Assembly (NCBI GenBank): GCA_963663475.2
Contig: CAXXJV010000001.1
Location: 128,001 to 192,000, forward strand
From: Candidatus Cloacimonadales bacterium
Lineage (GTDB): Bacteria; Cloacimonadota; Cloacimonadia; Cloacimonadales; JAFGVF01
Direction of reading: 5' to 3'
Length of the DNA: 64,000 bases
The translations under genes were made by a program, and so were the position numbers. The notes under the pieces are model-generated. The model ran no database searches. It was not told where the DNA came from and was given only the letters and a program-made list of their open reading frames with translations. This document shows, piece by piece, positions 35,721 through 45,274 of the stretch. Within the stretch, counting starts at the first letter, position 1; every line of letters begins with the position of its first letter.

Positions 35721-36467
35721 TTAACTGGGATTGTGGGCATCCTTGCCCGCATTAATTCCCCCCTGTGGAGGGGTGTCAGTGTATTTCACTGACGGGGTGG
35801 TCTCCGCAATTTGCTCTTCAAATCTTCTCTGCTTCTCTCTTATCACCTCATTAATTTTGTCTAAATCCATATCCTGGAAGTAGAGTGCTAATTTATAGTT
35901 AAGTTCTTTCCCAGAACAATTAAAGTAACCTTTCATGTTATCAATAAACTGCTCAACTAAGACATCTTTTAATGTCTTAGAATCCTCTTTTTTCTTAACT
36001 CTTATCTCCTTCACCTTCTCACTAAGCTCTTGTTGAGATAGTTCTTCAGCTTGTTTTAACCACTCCTCCTGGACTACATAATCAGAATCTTTAATAAGAG
36101 GATGAATAGTATTCAATCTATCCAAACCTATCTCCTGAACTGTAGCAGAATCAATGCCCATATCTTTAATAAAGTAATCATAAATCTTAACTAACTTATT
36201 AGCAACACTTGCAGGCAGGTTATGTTCAATCTCTACAAAATCTCTAAAGTTCTTATAACCTTTAATCTTGAATATGCGTTTACTCTTTATCTCAGAAAGT
36301 ATCTCTCCTAGGCTAATAAAGTCTTCTTCTAACCTGCCTTTCATTACTTCAACAGCCTTAAATCTCTCTTCTGGTGTCATCTCCACTGGGAGCGCCGACA
36401 TCCCTGTCGGCATCTTCCTTTCATCTCCGCCATTAATTTTGCTTCTTCCAAATAATTCTCTACTCAT
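35721..36467 (-). CDS. Hypothetical phage protein
   Basis: FISLGEILSEIK....GYKNFRDFVE pattern; repeat-derived segments at both ends. Confidence 0.65.
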   Translation of the reverse strand: MSRELFGRSKINGGDERKMPTGMSALPVEMTPEERFKAVEVMKGRLEEDFISLGEILSEIKSKRIFKIKGYKNFRDFVEIEHNLPASVANKLVKIYDYFIKDMGIDSATVQEIGLDRLNTIHPLIKDSDYVVQEEWLKQAEELSQQELSEKVKEIRVKKKEDSKTLKDVLVEQFIDNMKGYFNCSGKELNYKLALYFQDMDLDKINEVIREKQRRFEEQIAETTPSVKYTDTPPQGGINAGKDAHNPS

Positions 36468-37021
36468 CTTTTTTCTCCTTCTTTATTCTTAGTGTAATTT
36501 GTGTAATTAGCTTGGGATGGCGTAGCTTTGCGAAGACAGCTGGATAGATTTTCTTTTCCCTGCTCTTTATAATACTTCAACATAGCTATCATTCCTCTTT
36601 TCTGCTCATCATTAAGTACGTTCCAGTGCAAAGTATGATACTTCTTAATCATGTACTTCTGTACTCTTAACCAATCCCAGCCAATCTCTTTCATAAGGTG
36701 CCAGGCAAATCTACCTTGAGCATCTAAGAAGCCGATTGAGTACTTATCTAATTGTCTTTGAAGCTCGTTGCAGCTATCAGGTATATAATCTCCCTTAACT
36801 ATTCCCAGCACAGTCTGAAGTTGCTGAATTGTTAGCTTTCTTAAAGAACTACCGAATCCCCAGGACTTCAACATGTCATGAAATTCTTCATTGCTCCAAT
36901 TGTGTTGCTTCTTACTGCTTATCATTATATGCTGTCTCAAGCTCTTAGCATAAGCTTCTTGTTTAGCACTCATTCCACTGGGAACGCCTGCATCCCTGCA
37001 GGCATTCATTGCATTTTTCAT
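36464..37021 (-). CDS. GemA/Mu gp16-like (DUF1018) protein
   Basis: SSLRKLT..QL..V and L...Q...MIAMLK pattern; canonical position after MuB. Confidence 0.55.
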   Translation of the reverse strand: MKNAMNACRDAGVPSGMSAKQEAYAKSLRQHIMISSKKQHNWSNEEFHDMLKSWGFGSSLRKLTIQQLQTVLGIVKGDYIPDSCNELQRQLDKYSIGFLDAQGRFAWHLMKEIGWDWLRVQKYMIKKYHTLHWNVLNDEQKRGMIAMLKYYKEQGKENLSSCLRKATPSQANYTNYTKNKEGEKR

Positions 37022-37548
37022 TATGATATCCTCCTATTTTCGATAAAATTGTATCTTTCTCCCTTCTTTTCTAAATAACCCATATTCTCAAGTTCACTAA
37101 TTATATCATTTGCACGTCCTGAACTTCCTCCAACAGCGTCAGTTATTTCACTAACAGTAGCTTGTTTTCTTAAAGTTAGCATCCTTACTACTTTAACCAG
37201 TTGCCTCCTATAGACCCTACTAGGATCATCTTTCATTGCAACTTCCCCCTTCTCAATCCTATAAACAGTACGTGTACTAACTCCTAATTCCTTTGCCTTA
37301 TCTTCTACCTCAGCATATCTACTACCTTCAGGACTTAATCTTACTGTAGAAGTCTGATAATTATATCTGTAGAGTACTGGGTGTGATGAAACACTTACCC
37401 TTTTAATCTTACCTTCGTTCTCCCAATTTTTAAGAACTCTATGGCAAGATGTTTTTGGAACACCAGTGTGCTCAATAACTTGTTGAACACTAAAGCTTTC
37501 CCTTATTTGATATATATAGTTATTGATTAATCTCTCATTTCGTGTCAT
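37021..37548 (-). CDS. Multi-HTH DNA-binding protein
   Basis: Winged-HTH segments; AKELGVSTRTVYR. Confidence 0.65.
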   Translation of the reverse strand: MTRNERLINNYIYQIRESFSVQQVIEHTGVPKTSCHRVLKNWENEGKIKRVSVSSHPVLYRYNYQTSTVRLSPEGSRYAEVEDKAKELGVSTRTVYRIEKGEVAMKDDPSRVYRRQLVKVVRMLTLRKQATVSEITDAVGGSSGRANDIISELENMGYLEKKGERYNFIENRRIS

Positions 37549-37551
37549 TGA

Positions 37552-38307
37552 TTACCCTCTATTGAACTTAAAATTGTATTTTTTAATATCTTCTTTAGTG
37601 ATTCTACCTAAGTTCTCACTCTTAGCCAAAATCTCAAATTTCTTTATATAACTCTCTAAATTGTGTAAATTACCTCTCATCTCTTCGATCATTCGTCTAT
37701 AAACCTCAGGGTCAGCTTCAACTTCCATAGTCTTACCAATAATGCTGATTATGTCTTCTCTGGTAAGGATATCAAAAGGACAGTAGTTAGTAATCCTTCC
37801 TGAGAAGTGAGAATCGTAGCTTTCAATTTTCTTCTTGGTATCTTCCTCTCCAATCATCACTATTTTAGCACCAGCCTTATCTCTGAAGTCTCTTAACAGC
37901 TCAACGATATCCCACTTCCTGAATTTAAAAGCTACATTAACTTCATCTATAAAAAACACAAATGGTGGCATACCTGAAGCAGATCTTCTTAAATTGATCT
38001 CTTCAAACAACCTGATACATTCTTTCGCTATTTCTGAAGAGTAACCCCTAGGAATGATATCATTACCAGTAAGAATAAAGTTCAATGTCCTATAAATCTC
38101 TCTTAAGAAACTTCTACCTGATTCTTTGGTTTCAATTCGATAATATCCCCAGTCATTTTTAGGAAAATTCTTCAAAGCAAGTTGGCTTTTACCAGTACCT
38201 GTAAAACCATAAAAAACTACTAAATCGCCCCCATTTCGGCTACATATCTCTTTGATAATTTGATTAGCCTTAACTACGTTTTTTGTTTCAATTAATAAAT
38301 TTTTCAT
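37552..38307 (-). CDS. MuB-like AAA+ transposition ATPase
   Basis: GFTGTGKS, FFIDE and LRDFRD...IVMIG; follows the transposase. Confidence 0.85.
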   Translation of the reverse strand: MKNLLIETKNVVKANQIIKEICSRNGGDLVVFYGFTGTGKSQLALKNFPKNDWGYYRIETKESGRSFLREIYRTLNFILTGNDIIPRGYSSEIAKECIRLFEEINLRRSASGMPPFVFFIDEVNVAFKFRKWDIVELLRDFRDKAGAKIVMIGEEDTKKKIESYDSHFSGRITNYCPFDILTREDIISIIGKTMEVEADPEVYRRMIEEMRGNLHNLESYIKKFEILAKSENLGRITKEDIKKYNFKFNRG

Positions 38308-38317
38308 TTTTACTCCT

Positions 38318-41077
38318 TTAGTTCAGACCAGCCTGCTTAAAAGCTTGCTCCCACTCCTGGTCTTCTTCTTCTTCTTGATTGTCTAATTCTTCGATTTGTT
38401 TTCTAATTTCTTCTAATTCTTTATCTTCTTTACTTATATATTCTTGCTCAACAACTTGAGCATTAATAACTTCTTCTTCAGTAACAATTATCTCGTTTTC
38501 AGGTAATAGTTCGGTTTTCTTATCTCTTGGCTTGTAATCTAAAGAAGTGTAACTATCCTTCTGCTTAGTATGTAGTCGATCCTGATCAGCTATAAGTTCT
38601 TCAACTGGAGCTTTTAATACCTTTTGAACCTCTTTCATACTCTTAGCTCCAGTAGCTCTTAAAGCTAAATAATACCCAATACCATGCTTTTCATATCTTC
38701 TAGTATCTCTTAAGGAAGTCATATCATCATCATATTGATAACCTGCTACAAAAGCTCTGGCAGGTTCATCATAATATTCTCCCATTGTAGAAGCTATCTT
38801 TACACTCCAGATATCTCTCTCATCGTAATAATAGAGGATTTTCTTACCTATTAAGCTGGCAAAAATTGCATGTCTGTAATAGATACCACCTACATAAATA
38901 CCATCTCTTTGAACCTTTACTTCCTTTAGATATGGATCTCTCATATACCTATCTAAAGTGGCTTGTGATGGAACTACCTTGTCTTTAAGATTATAAGCTT
39001 CTATTGGTGATAAAACCTTACCTTCGATATTCCTGTTAATTGTACATAACTCAGTTGAAGTATTCCACATGTGGATAAAAGCTCTTAATAGTTCTTCAAA
39101 TTCTTCTAATGTAGGTATAGCATCACTAAATTTAACACAAAGCTCCCTGTTGGTCATTTTGAGCATTTCTTCTCTTTCTTCAGGTTTCCTTCCAAAATAG
39201 ACAGGGAACTTATCTTCAAACCTACTAAAACACCACTTCCAAAATGGCTCTATCATCTTTGATTCTGAGTTCTTTGGTATAGTGAAATGATACTCTTTAA
39301 TCCCAATATTCTTATACATACCTAAATCACCTGAATCAAGCATAGCCTGTGCCCTCTGTTTACCCTTAGTATTTCTTTTTTTATAAATAAACTCTTCAGG
39401 TGCAAAGGCTATATTCCTATATGATTTAGCATTATCAGTTCTGATATGCTCAGGTAGTCCAAAATGTTCAATTCCATCTCGCAAAGCATTTCTGACTAAG
39501 TTACCAGTTTCTGTTTTACCCACTGCACAGCCAGTTATAGCTTTTGTGGCTATATCAATCCACCAAACCACTACAGGCTTAAAAATTACGCTGTATTCAG
39601 CCTTTTCTCTATAAAATGGACTAAAGACAGGCACACTTGAATGTTTGCCGTCACTCTCCCATATTTGCCCAGGCAAAGCGTTATTGATTCTGATAGTGTG
39701 AGGCCTTGCTTTATTCTTATACCCTTCAGGACCTTCTAAAGCTGACATACCAAGTACATCTTCTCTGGTCTCTTTCATTATATTGAATAAGGTCCTCTGG
39801 GATATCTGAAGCTTTAAACCCTTTTCAGCTAATTTGTTTTTAACAATAGTCATTACTTCAGTACTATCCCAGCTAATCCTGGCTTTTGATACATTCTCAA
39901 TTAACTTTCTTACTTGGTTGCTGACTTGTGATTTTCTTCCTACCACACCTCTTTTTTGCTCAAGTAAACTAACTGGATAAGCTGAATCACCCGAGTCTCT
40001 ATACTTCTTCTCCCACTTCTTAACAGTCTTAATTGAAATACTCTCCACATCCATCTTCTTCAGGATAAATGGTAATATCTCACCTTTATTAAGCTTAATC
40101 TCAAACTCATGATCAGCTCGGCCAAGTTTCTCACCTCTTAGCTTAGCCTGCTTTTTATATTCTAAATACTTATCAATAATAGCTTTTCTTTGCCAGGCTT
40201 TCTCTCTCTCAGCCATAGAATGAACATTAAATTCATTCTTCTCAGCTTCCAGCAAGTCGCCTAAGGCTCTGTTACCATCTAAGACTTCTAACTCCCATCT
40301 TCTTTTAACCATATCAGATAATCCATCTATTGAAATAAGAGTCCTTGTCTTGCTAACCTTATCAGCAACAGTAATTGAAATCAGCTCTTTACTCTCTATT
40401 CTTCTATATATAGTCCTTTCACTTAAACCAGATAAAACAACAGCCCTATCAAGAGGTATCCATCTTAATGGATCTAATTCTGAAGGGATAGTTCTCTCAA
40501 CTGGGACCACCGACATCCCTGTCGGCATTAATTCCCCTCTTGAAGAGGGGTGGCTTGGTATTTCCAAGTCGGGGTGCTTCTTCCTTTCATTAAAACCACT
40601 TGCACTTTGATTTTCAATTTGCACATTGCTTTGCACATTGCACATTGGTTTTAAAATTGCACTTTGATTTTCATTTTGCACATTGCTTTGCACATTGCAC
40701 TTTGATTGCACATTGTTAATCTCTTTATCTTTCAATGCTTTATCTAATTCTGCACATTGATTTTCCAGTTTTGGCAGACCCGGCTCTGCCATCTTTTCAT
40801 TTTTTTGCTTCTTGAGGCTAAAAATTTTTGGACTTTCTTCTGTTTCAACATTAAAAGTTGCACATTGGATTTGGGAACGATCTACACCATTATCTTCAAA
40901 AATTGCACTTTGGTTTGCTTCTTTTACAAACATAAAAACAACAGGTCTTCCACCTCTGGGGTTCTTAACCTCAGCAACAGGCCACTCACCTTCGTTTCTT
41001 TTATTAATAGCTGTTCTTCTGCTAAATCCATAAAATGCTATCAATTCTTTATATGTTAACCACATAAGCATCTCCAA
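38318..41077 (-). CDS. MuA-like DDE transposase
   Basis: WESDG, RTDNA, SKMIEPFW catalytic triad; C-terminal YYDERD Mu-transposase-like domain; N-terminal HTH modules. Confidence 0.9.
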   Translation of the reverse strand: MEMLMWLTYKELIAFYGFSRRTAINKRNEGEWPVAEVKNPRGGRPVVFMFVKEANQSAIFEDNGVDRSQIQCATFNVETEESPKIFSLKKQKNEKMAEPGLPKLENQCAELDKALKDKEINNVQSKCNVQSNVQNENQSAILKPMCNVQSNVQIENQSASGFNERKKHPDLEIPSHPSSRGELMPTGMSVVPVERTIPSELDPLRWIPLDRAVVLSGLSERTIYRRIESKELISITVADKVSKTRTLISIDGLSDMVKRRWELEVLDGNRALGDLLEAEKNEFNVHSMAEREKAWQRKAIIDKYLEYKKQAKLRGEKLGRADHEFEIKLNKGEILPFILKKMDVESISIKTVKKWEKKYRDSGDSAYPVSLLEQKRGVVGRKSQVSNQVRKLIENVSKARISWDSTEVMTIVKNKLAEKGLKLQISQRTLFNIMKETREDVLGMSALEGPEGYKNKARPHTIRINNALPGQIWESDGKHSSVPVFSPFYREKAEYSVIFKPVVVWWIDIATKAITGCAVGKTETGNLVRNALRDGIEHFGLPEHIRTDNAKSYRNIAFAPEEFIYKKRNTKGKQRAQAMLDSGDLGMYKNIGIKEYHFTIPKNSESKMIEPFWKWCFSRFEDKFPVYFGRKPEEREEMLKMTNRELCVKFSDAIPTLEEFEELLRAFIHMWNTSTELCTINRNIEGKVLSPIEAYNLKDKVVPSQATLDRYMRDPYLKEVKVQRDGIYVGGIYYRHAIFASLIGKKILYYYDERDIWSVKIASTMGEYYDEPARAFVAGYQYDDDMTSLRDTRRYEKHGIGYYLALRATGAKSMKEVQKVLKAPVEELIADQDRLHTKQKDSYTSLDYKPRDKKTELLPENEIIVTEEEVINAQVVEQEYISKEDKELEEIRKQIEELDNQEEEEDQEWEQAFKQAGLN
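40600..40912 (+). repeat. Cluster of 12 TTGCAC(A/T)TTG decamers inside the transposase 5' region
   Basis: Counted directly (one copy has C at position 1); includes an imperfect 57-bp tandem duplication; copies fall in different reading frames. Confidence 0.85.
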
Positions 41078-41216
41078 TTAAGGCTTGGAAGTAAGTAGCC
41101 CATCGGTGATATACCAAGGAGGATTTCCTTTGTTGAACTACTTACTAATATTTTATTAATCATATTTAGCCTCTTATTAATATTCATAGTAGTGGGGCTA
41201 TTTCCAGCCCCATTGG

Positions 41217-41435
41217 CTATGAACATCTCTTTCTTAAGTCCTGAAGGCTTTTGAAGTTCTGATTGGCTAAACTAAGCTTATTCTTAAGTTCTTTATTCTT
41301 CTTCTTTAAGCTGTAGTTATCAGCCTTGAGTTCAAAATTCTTACTCTCTAAATCAGAAGATTTACCTATCCCTGATATGTCGTGCATCACTAACAAAACT
41401 AAGATAATTGATAATATTACTATGGTGGTTATCAT
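41217..41435 (-). CDS. Small membrane/coiled-coil protein
   Basis: AGGAG RBS; N-terminal TM. Confidence 0.55.
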   Translation of the reverse strand: MITTIVILSIILVLLVMHDISGIGKSSDLESKNFELKADNYSLKKKNKELKNKLSLANQNFKSLQDLRKRCS

Positions 41436-41447
41436 GGCTTACTCCTA

Positions 41448-41858
41448 CTAATGTAATTGATCTGGTTTGAATTCTAAATTGTTCATTTCCATAAACTTCT
41501 TGATTGCAACCTTCTTCACTTCATTAAGAATGCCTTCAAGCATAAAACATGCTGTAGTTGTGGGGTATCGAGAACTTAATATGATACTTTTATTATTAAA
41601 AAGTTCCCAAAGATAATAATTTACGGTAGTTCCATAGTCACATCTTCTTATCTTACAAAACTCATTGAAAGCATCCTTTTCATCAATACAGGACAACTTG
41701 TGCATATGATCAATCCCTAGTGTACCATTGTCTAATATGATATATCTAACTATTGAAATGTCTATACTACCTTTCTTATGCATAAATTCTGTAATTGTAT
41801 CATCTTCAATTATAACCTTTTTACCTGAATTATATTTACTGTCATTATAATCTAGCAT
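41448..41858 (-). CDS. Hypothetical early protein
   Basis: Coupled to the Ner-like gene. Confidence 0.55.
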   Translation of the reverse strand: MLDYNDSKYNSGKKVIIEDDTITEFMHKKGSIDISIVRYIILDNGTLGIDHMHKLSCIDEKDAFNEFCKIRRCDYGTTVNYYLWELFNNKSIILSSRYPTTTACFMLEGILNEVKKVAIKKFMEMNNLEFKPDQLH

Positions 41859-41859
41859 C

Positions 41860-42144
41860 TTACTCTCCTCTGCTTATTTTTTCATTAACAACATGTTCTG
41901 GTATCATAGCTCCTTCAATAATCTTGTTTTTAAGGACTTCTCTGTGACTTTCAATCCAAGGACCAAGCAAATCTTCTATCACTTTCTCAACTTCTGCATT
42001 ATTACGAACTCCCATGATAATTCTCCTAATACTATCAGGTTTCAGGTCCTTTCCAGTCTCCTGATTTATATAATCTGTTAATAAATCATTAGATAAAGAA
42101 TTCGCAGTCATAGCAGCTCTTATTTCTCTTACTTCATACTTCAT
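41860..42144 (-). CDS. Ner/Cro-like regulator
   Basis: First gene divergent from the repressor; HTH-like; AAGGAG RBS. Confidence 0.55.
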   Translation of the reverse strand: MKYEVREIRAAMTANSLSNDLLTDYINQETGKDLKPDSIRRIIMGVRNNAEVEKVIEDLLGPWIESHREVLKNKIIEGAMIPEHVVNEKISRGE

Positions 42145-42218
42145 ATTTATCTCCTTTAATTATTTTTCTTGACGGTTTTAACTTTTTACTTCACGCTGTC
42201 CACATATAGGACAACAAT

Positions 42219-42263
42219 GTTTACTTTAAGAAACTTGTCAAGAAATTATTTACTTTAGGAAAC
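42219..42263. promoter_or_regulatory. Putative repressor operators
   Basis: GTTTACTTTAAGAAAC and ATTTACTTTAGGAAAC; a third copy at 42410-42425. Confidence 0.6.
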
Positions 42264-42271
42264 AAAAACTT

Positions 42272-43006
42272 ATGATAGGATTACGATTTAAAGAGTTTAG
42301 AAAGGCGTTAAACCTTACTATAGAGGAACTTGCGACTGCTATAGGCAAAAGTAAGGGTGCGTTAAGTAAAATTGAAAATAATCAAAATATTCCTAAATCG
42401 GACATCTTAGTTTCCTTTAATAAACTTTATAATCTAAACATCAACTGGCTTCTTTCAGGTAAAGGGGAGATGTTCTTATCCCAAGAAATAGATCAAAAAC
42501 CTAAACACAAAACAGAACTCAATGCCGACAAACTCAAACAATACATCGACCTGGGTAAATCAAAACTAGAGGATGAACAAGCCAAGAGCATTAATAATCC
42601 TTCTTCTGTTGTTTCACTTCCAATTGTAGGTGAAATTGCAGCAGGTAACCCTTTAGAAGTTAGAGATTCAGATCTTCTTGGTAAAATACTAGTATCTACT
42701 GAACTGATCAGTGATCCTGAAAACTTTTTTTGCTTCAGGGTAAATGGATGGAGCATGAGTCCAGAGATACAGCATAACGATGTCGTTATAGTTAATAAGA
42801 TATATGACTATGATGATATGGATAACAGAATTGTAGCTGTCAGATTAGATGATGGTATCACACTTAAATTACTTAAGCTTGATCATGAAAATGAATGCTC
42901 CTGGTTAATGCCAATCAATGATGACTATAAACCTATTCTTATAAATCAATACTCCTCAATAGCGATGTTGGGAGTTCTAGAATTCTTAATTAGGAGTTAT
43001 AAGTAA
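42272..43006 (+). CDS. CI-like repressor (XRE HTH + S24 peptidase)
   Basis: N-terminal HTH; VGEIAAG, VNGWSM and TLK autoproteolysis motifs. Confidence 0.9.
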   Translation: MIGLRFKEFRKALNLTIEELATAIGKSKGALSKIENNQNIPKSDILVSFNKLYNLNINWLLSGKGEMFLSQEIDQKPKHKTELNADKLKQYIDLGKSKLEDEQAKSINNPSSVVSLPIVGEIAAGNPLEVRDSDLLGKILVSTELISDPENFFCFRVNGWSMSPEIQHNDVVIVNKIYDYDDMDNRIVAVRLDDGITLKLLKLDHENECSWLMPINDDYKPILINQYSSIAMLGVLEFLIRSYK

Positions 43007-43049
43007 ATAACTCAAGGCATAATCCTAACTAGTGTATTTGGAGGCTTTT

Positions 43050-44423
43050 ATGAAGCTAAGACCAAAGAATGGTCCAATTGATTTTGGTTATTTTGTTGAT
43101 TATTATTTAGAGTTACAATTAAATTTATCTGAAGATTTTAAAGATTCCGATGTAGAAATATTAGGGAATTGGAAAAGTTCAACTAGTAAATATTATGATT
43201 TAGTTCTTATACAAAAATCGAAGGAAATTGCATTTTTTGAAATAAAAGATAACATTTCCTTAACATCAAGTAGCAATAATACATCACAAGAGAATTTTGA
43301 ATCTACTTCCCTTTTTTTCTTAATTAGCTTAAAAGAAGGAAAGATTTATTTGACTGACTATAAAAAATCAAACCCGTATCAAGAAGTAACATATAAACAA
43401 GTAGTAGATAAAATTAAAGATCTAATGCGTAAATTGAACGAAGATATTTTAGATGTTATTGGTCGCGATTTCGTTGATTATATGAAAATGGAATCTTTAG
43501 GAATGAAGTTAAAAGATGATACTATAACTTTAATTAATAGAAAATTAAAACCAATAATGTTCACTTTAAATCAGCAACTAGAGTTAGAATTCAAAAATAA
43601 AACAGAAAGTGGATTCGAAAATCAACTCTTTAAAAGTATGTTAACAGAATCTAATAATAGAATTGCTAGATATATGTCTTTGGAATCTTTCTATTTAACA
43701 ATAAAAGAAAGCAAGATGTATTTTGGAAGTATCTTTGCTATGAATGATAAAAGAGAATTCGGGTTCTTCGAGAAAATTGTAGAAAAAGAAAAGTCTCATT
43801 TAGAAAAATGCACAGATAGCGATATTGAAATTGGTAACAAGAATTTTATCACTTCATATGTTACAGAAAAAAAACAAGATAGTCTGACTTTATGGAGACT
43901 TTACGGTGATAATGCAACTGGTGTATGTTTAGTTTTCCAGATTGATAATAAAAAAAATCAACCTCCTTTTTATATTAGTAAGGTCAACTATTGTGATGAA
44001 TCAGAAGATGATGCAGCTATTTTCTTAAAGAAGTTAAGAACTTATAAATATCAAACAAATAGTCCGACACAACAATTTTATACATTCAGATTCAATAAAT
44101 CTTTGAAGTGGAAGTATTTCTTTAAAGCAAATGATTTTAGTGACGAAGATGAAGTTAGAGTTCTTTATCATTATAACGAAAGTGAAGAAAAATCCGACAA
44201 GATTAAATTAGAGTGGAGGTTGATTAATAATATAATTGTACCAAGTGTATTAATTCCAATCAACTATGACAAATTCCCACTAACTTTAAAAAAAATAATT
44301 ATTGGGCCAAGAGCTTTCGAAAAAGAAGTGAATGTTAGGCAAATTAAACAATTTTTATCAGATAATGGATTTGATACAAAAAATATTGATGTGAAGCCTT
44401 CAGAAATAGATAATTACAGATAG
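43050..44423 (+). CDS. DUF2971-domain protein with N-terminal PD-(D/E)XK-like segment
   Basis: MNDKRE, DSLTLWRLYGDNATGVC, KANDFSDEDEVR and IIIGP; YDLVL...FFEIK. Confidence 0.75.
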   Translation: MKLRPKNGPIDFGYFVDYYLELQLNLSEDFKDSDVEILGNWKSSTSKYYDLVLIQKSKEIAFFEIKDNISLTSSSNNTSQENFESTSLFFLISLKEGKIYLTDYKKSNPYQEVTYKQVVDKIKDLMRKLNEDILDVIGRDFVDYMKMESLGMKLKDDTITLINRKLKPIMFTLNQQLELEFKNKTESGFENQLFKSMLTESNNRIARYMSLESFYLTIKESKMYFGSIFAMNDKREFGFFEKIVEKEKSHLEKCTDSDIEIGNKNFITSYVTEKKQDSLTLWRLYGDNATGVCLVFQIDNKKNQPPFYISKVNYCDESEDDAAIFLKKLRTYKYQTNSPTQQFYTFRFNKSLKWKYFFKANDFSDEDEVRVLYHYNESEEKSDKIKLEWRLINNIIVPSVLIPINYDKFPLTLKKIIIGPRAFEKEVNVRQIKQFLSDNGFDTKNIDVKPSEIDNYR

Positions 44424-44488
44424 AATAAATTTTATTAGCGATTATCAGCTAGATTTTTACATTTCTACATAATTAAATAAATGGAGTT

Positions 44489-44995
44489 ATGATGACAGAC
44501 AAAATTCAGACATTGCTTATCAAGGCAATAAAAGAATCACAGATATTGAGAATAGATTTTAGAAAGCAGATAAAACAACAGTTATTAAGCATTAATGAAA
44601 CTGATTCTGGTGTTTACATGTTCTTTGTAAAGCTTCCTGATGATAAGACCGAAGATGATTTCATGAAAGTTTGGAAAGAACACACAAATTATTTTGATTC
44701 ATCCCCAAAATTAAATGGAAATTATAAAGACCTTAGCATATTTCACAATCCAAATGCAATAATAAAGTTATATGTAGGACAATCAATGAATCTACTCCGT
44801 AGAATTACTGAACATTGTACTATTTCCGAAAACAATCGTATAGGAAGCTTAAGGTTATCAGAATTCTGTGATAATAATCCTTCTTATAAACATTCATTTA
44901 TCCTTTTTAGCTTTTCTTTTGATGGGGATGTAAAACTTAGAATAGAACTTGAGAGTGAATTAATGCAAAGGTATAAATTCATCGTTGGACAATAA
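44489..44995 (+). CDS. GIY-YIG nuclease family protein
   Basis: SGVYMF...LYVGQSMNLLRRITEH...LE..L. Confidence 0.7.
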   Translation: MMTDKIQTLLIKAIKESQILRIDFRKQIKQQLLSINETDSGVYMFFVKLPDDKTEDDFMKVWKEHTNYFDSSPKLNGNYKDLSIFHNPNAIIKLYVGQSMNLLRRITEHCTISENNRIGSLRLSEFCDNNPSYKHSFILFSFSFDGDVKLRIELESELMQRYKFIVGQ

Positions 44996-45223
44996 TTTCT
45001 CATTTAATCTTGCAGACTATTAAAGGTCTAAATTAGTTTTTTTCTCATTTATTTTTGCAGACTTTCAACTAAGATAGGCCTTTTATATTTTTCTCATTTA
45101 TTTCTACGAATTTATAAGAAATTCAACTTTTTTCTCATTAATTAAAAATACCAATAATCCCAGCAAGCCTACTTATAACACACACAACCCAACTTTTATT
45201 ATTTCTCACTTATTCTTACCCCC
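44996..45223 (-). repeat. Right-end putative transposase-binding sites (5 x ~22 bp)
   Basis: TTTCTCAYTWA... copies at 44996, 45041, 45090, 45131 and 45202, inverted relative to most left-end sites. Confidence 0.8.
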
Positions 45224-45274
45224 CTTATGAAGAGTTAAGAATAATATTCTGCTATTGACACTTGCCCAGCTTTA

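Larger units (their letters stand above)
12569..45227. mobile_element. Mu-like transposable prophage (32,659 bp), probably long non-contractile tail
   Basis: MuA/MuB, repressor, GemA, DUF3164, Mu-type gp36/virion morphogenesis/portal/MuF genes; TGAAG duplicated at 12564-12568 and 45228-45232; inverted 22-bp end sites. Confidence 0.9.

Noticed and set aside
12490-45235. AAGAGT as an alternative target duplication
   Set aside because: It would split the host promoter/operator and gives ends out of register with the end motif
12501-45260. TGTCAATA...TATTGACA as canonical TG/CA prophage ends
   Set aside because: The flanks (CAATC vs CTTGC) give no target duplication, the left copy is the -35 of the host promoter, and neither abuts the 22-bp end sites
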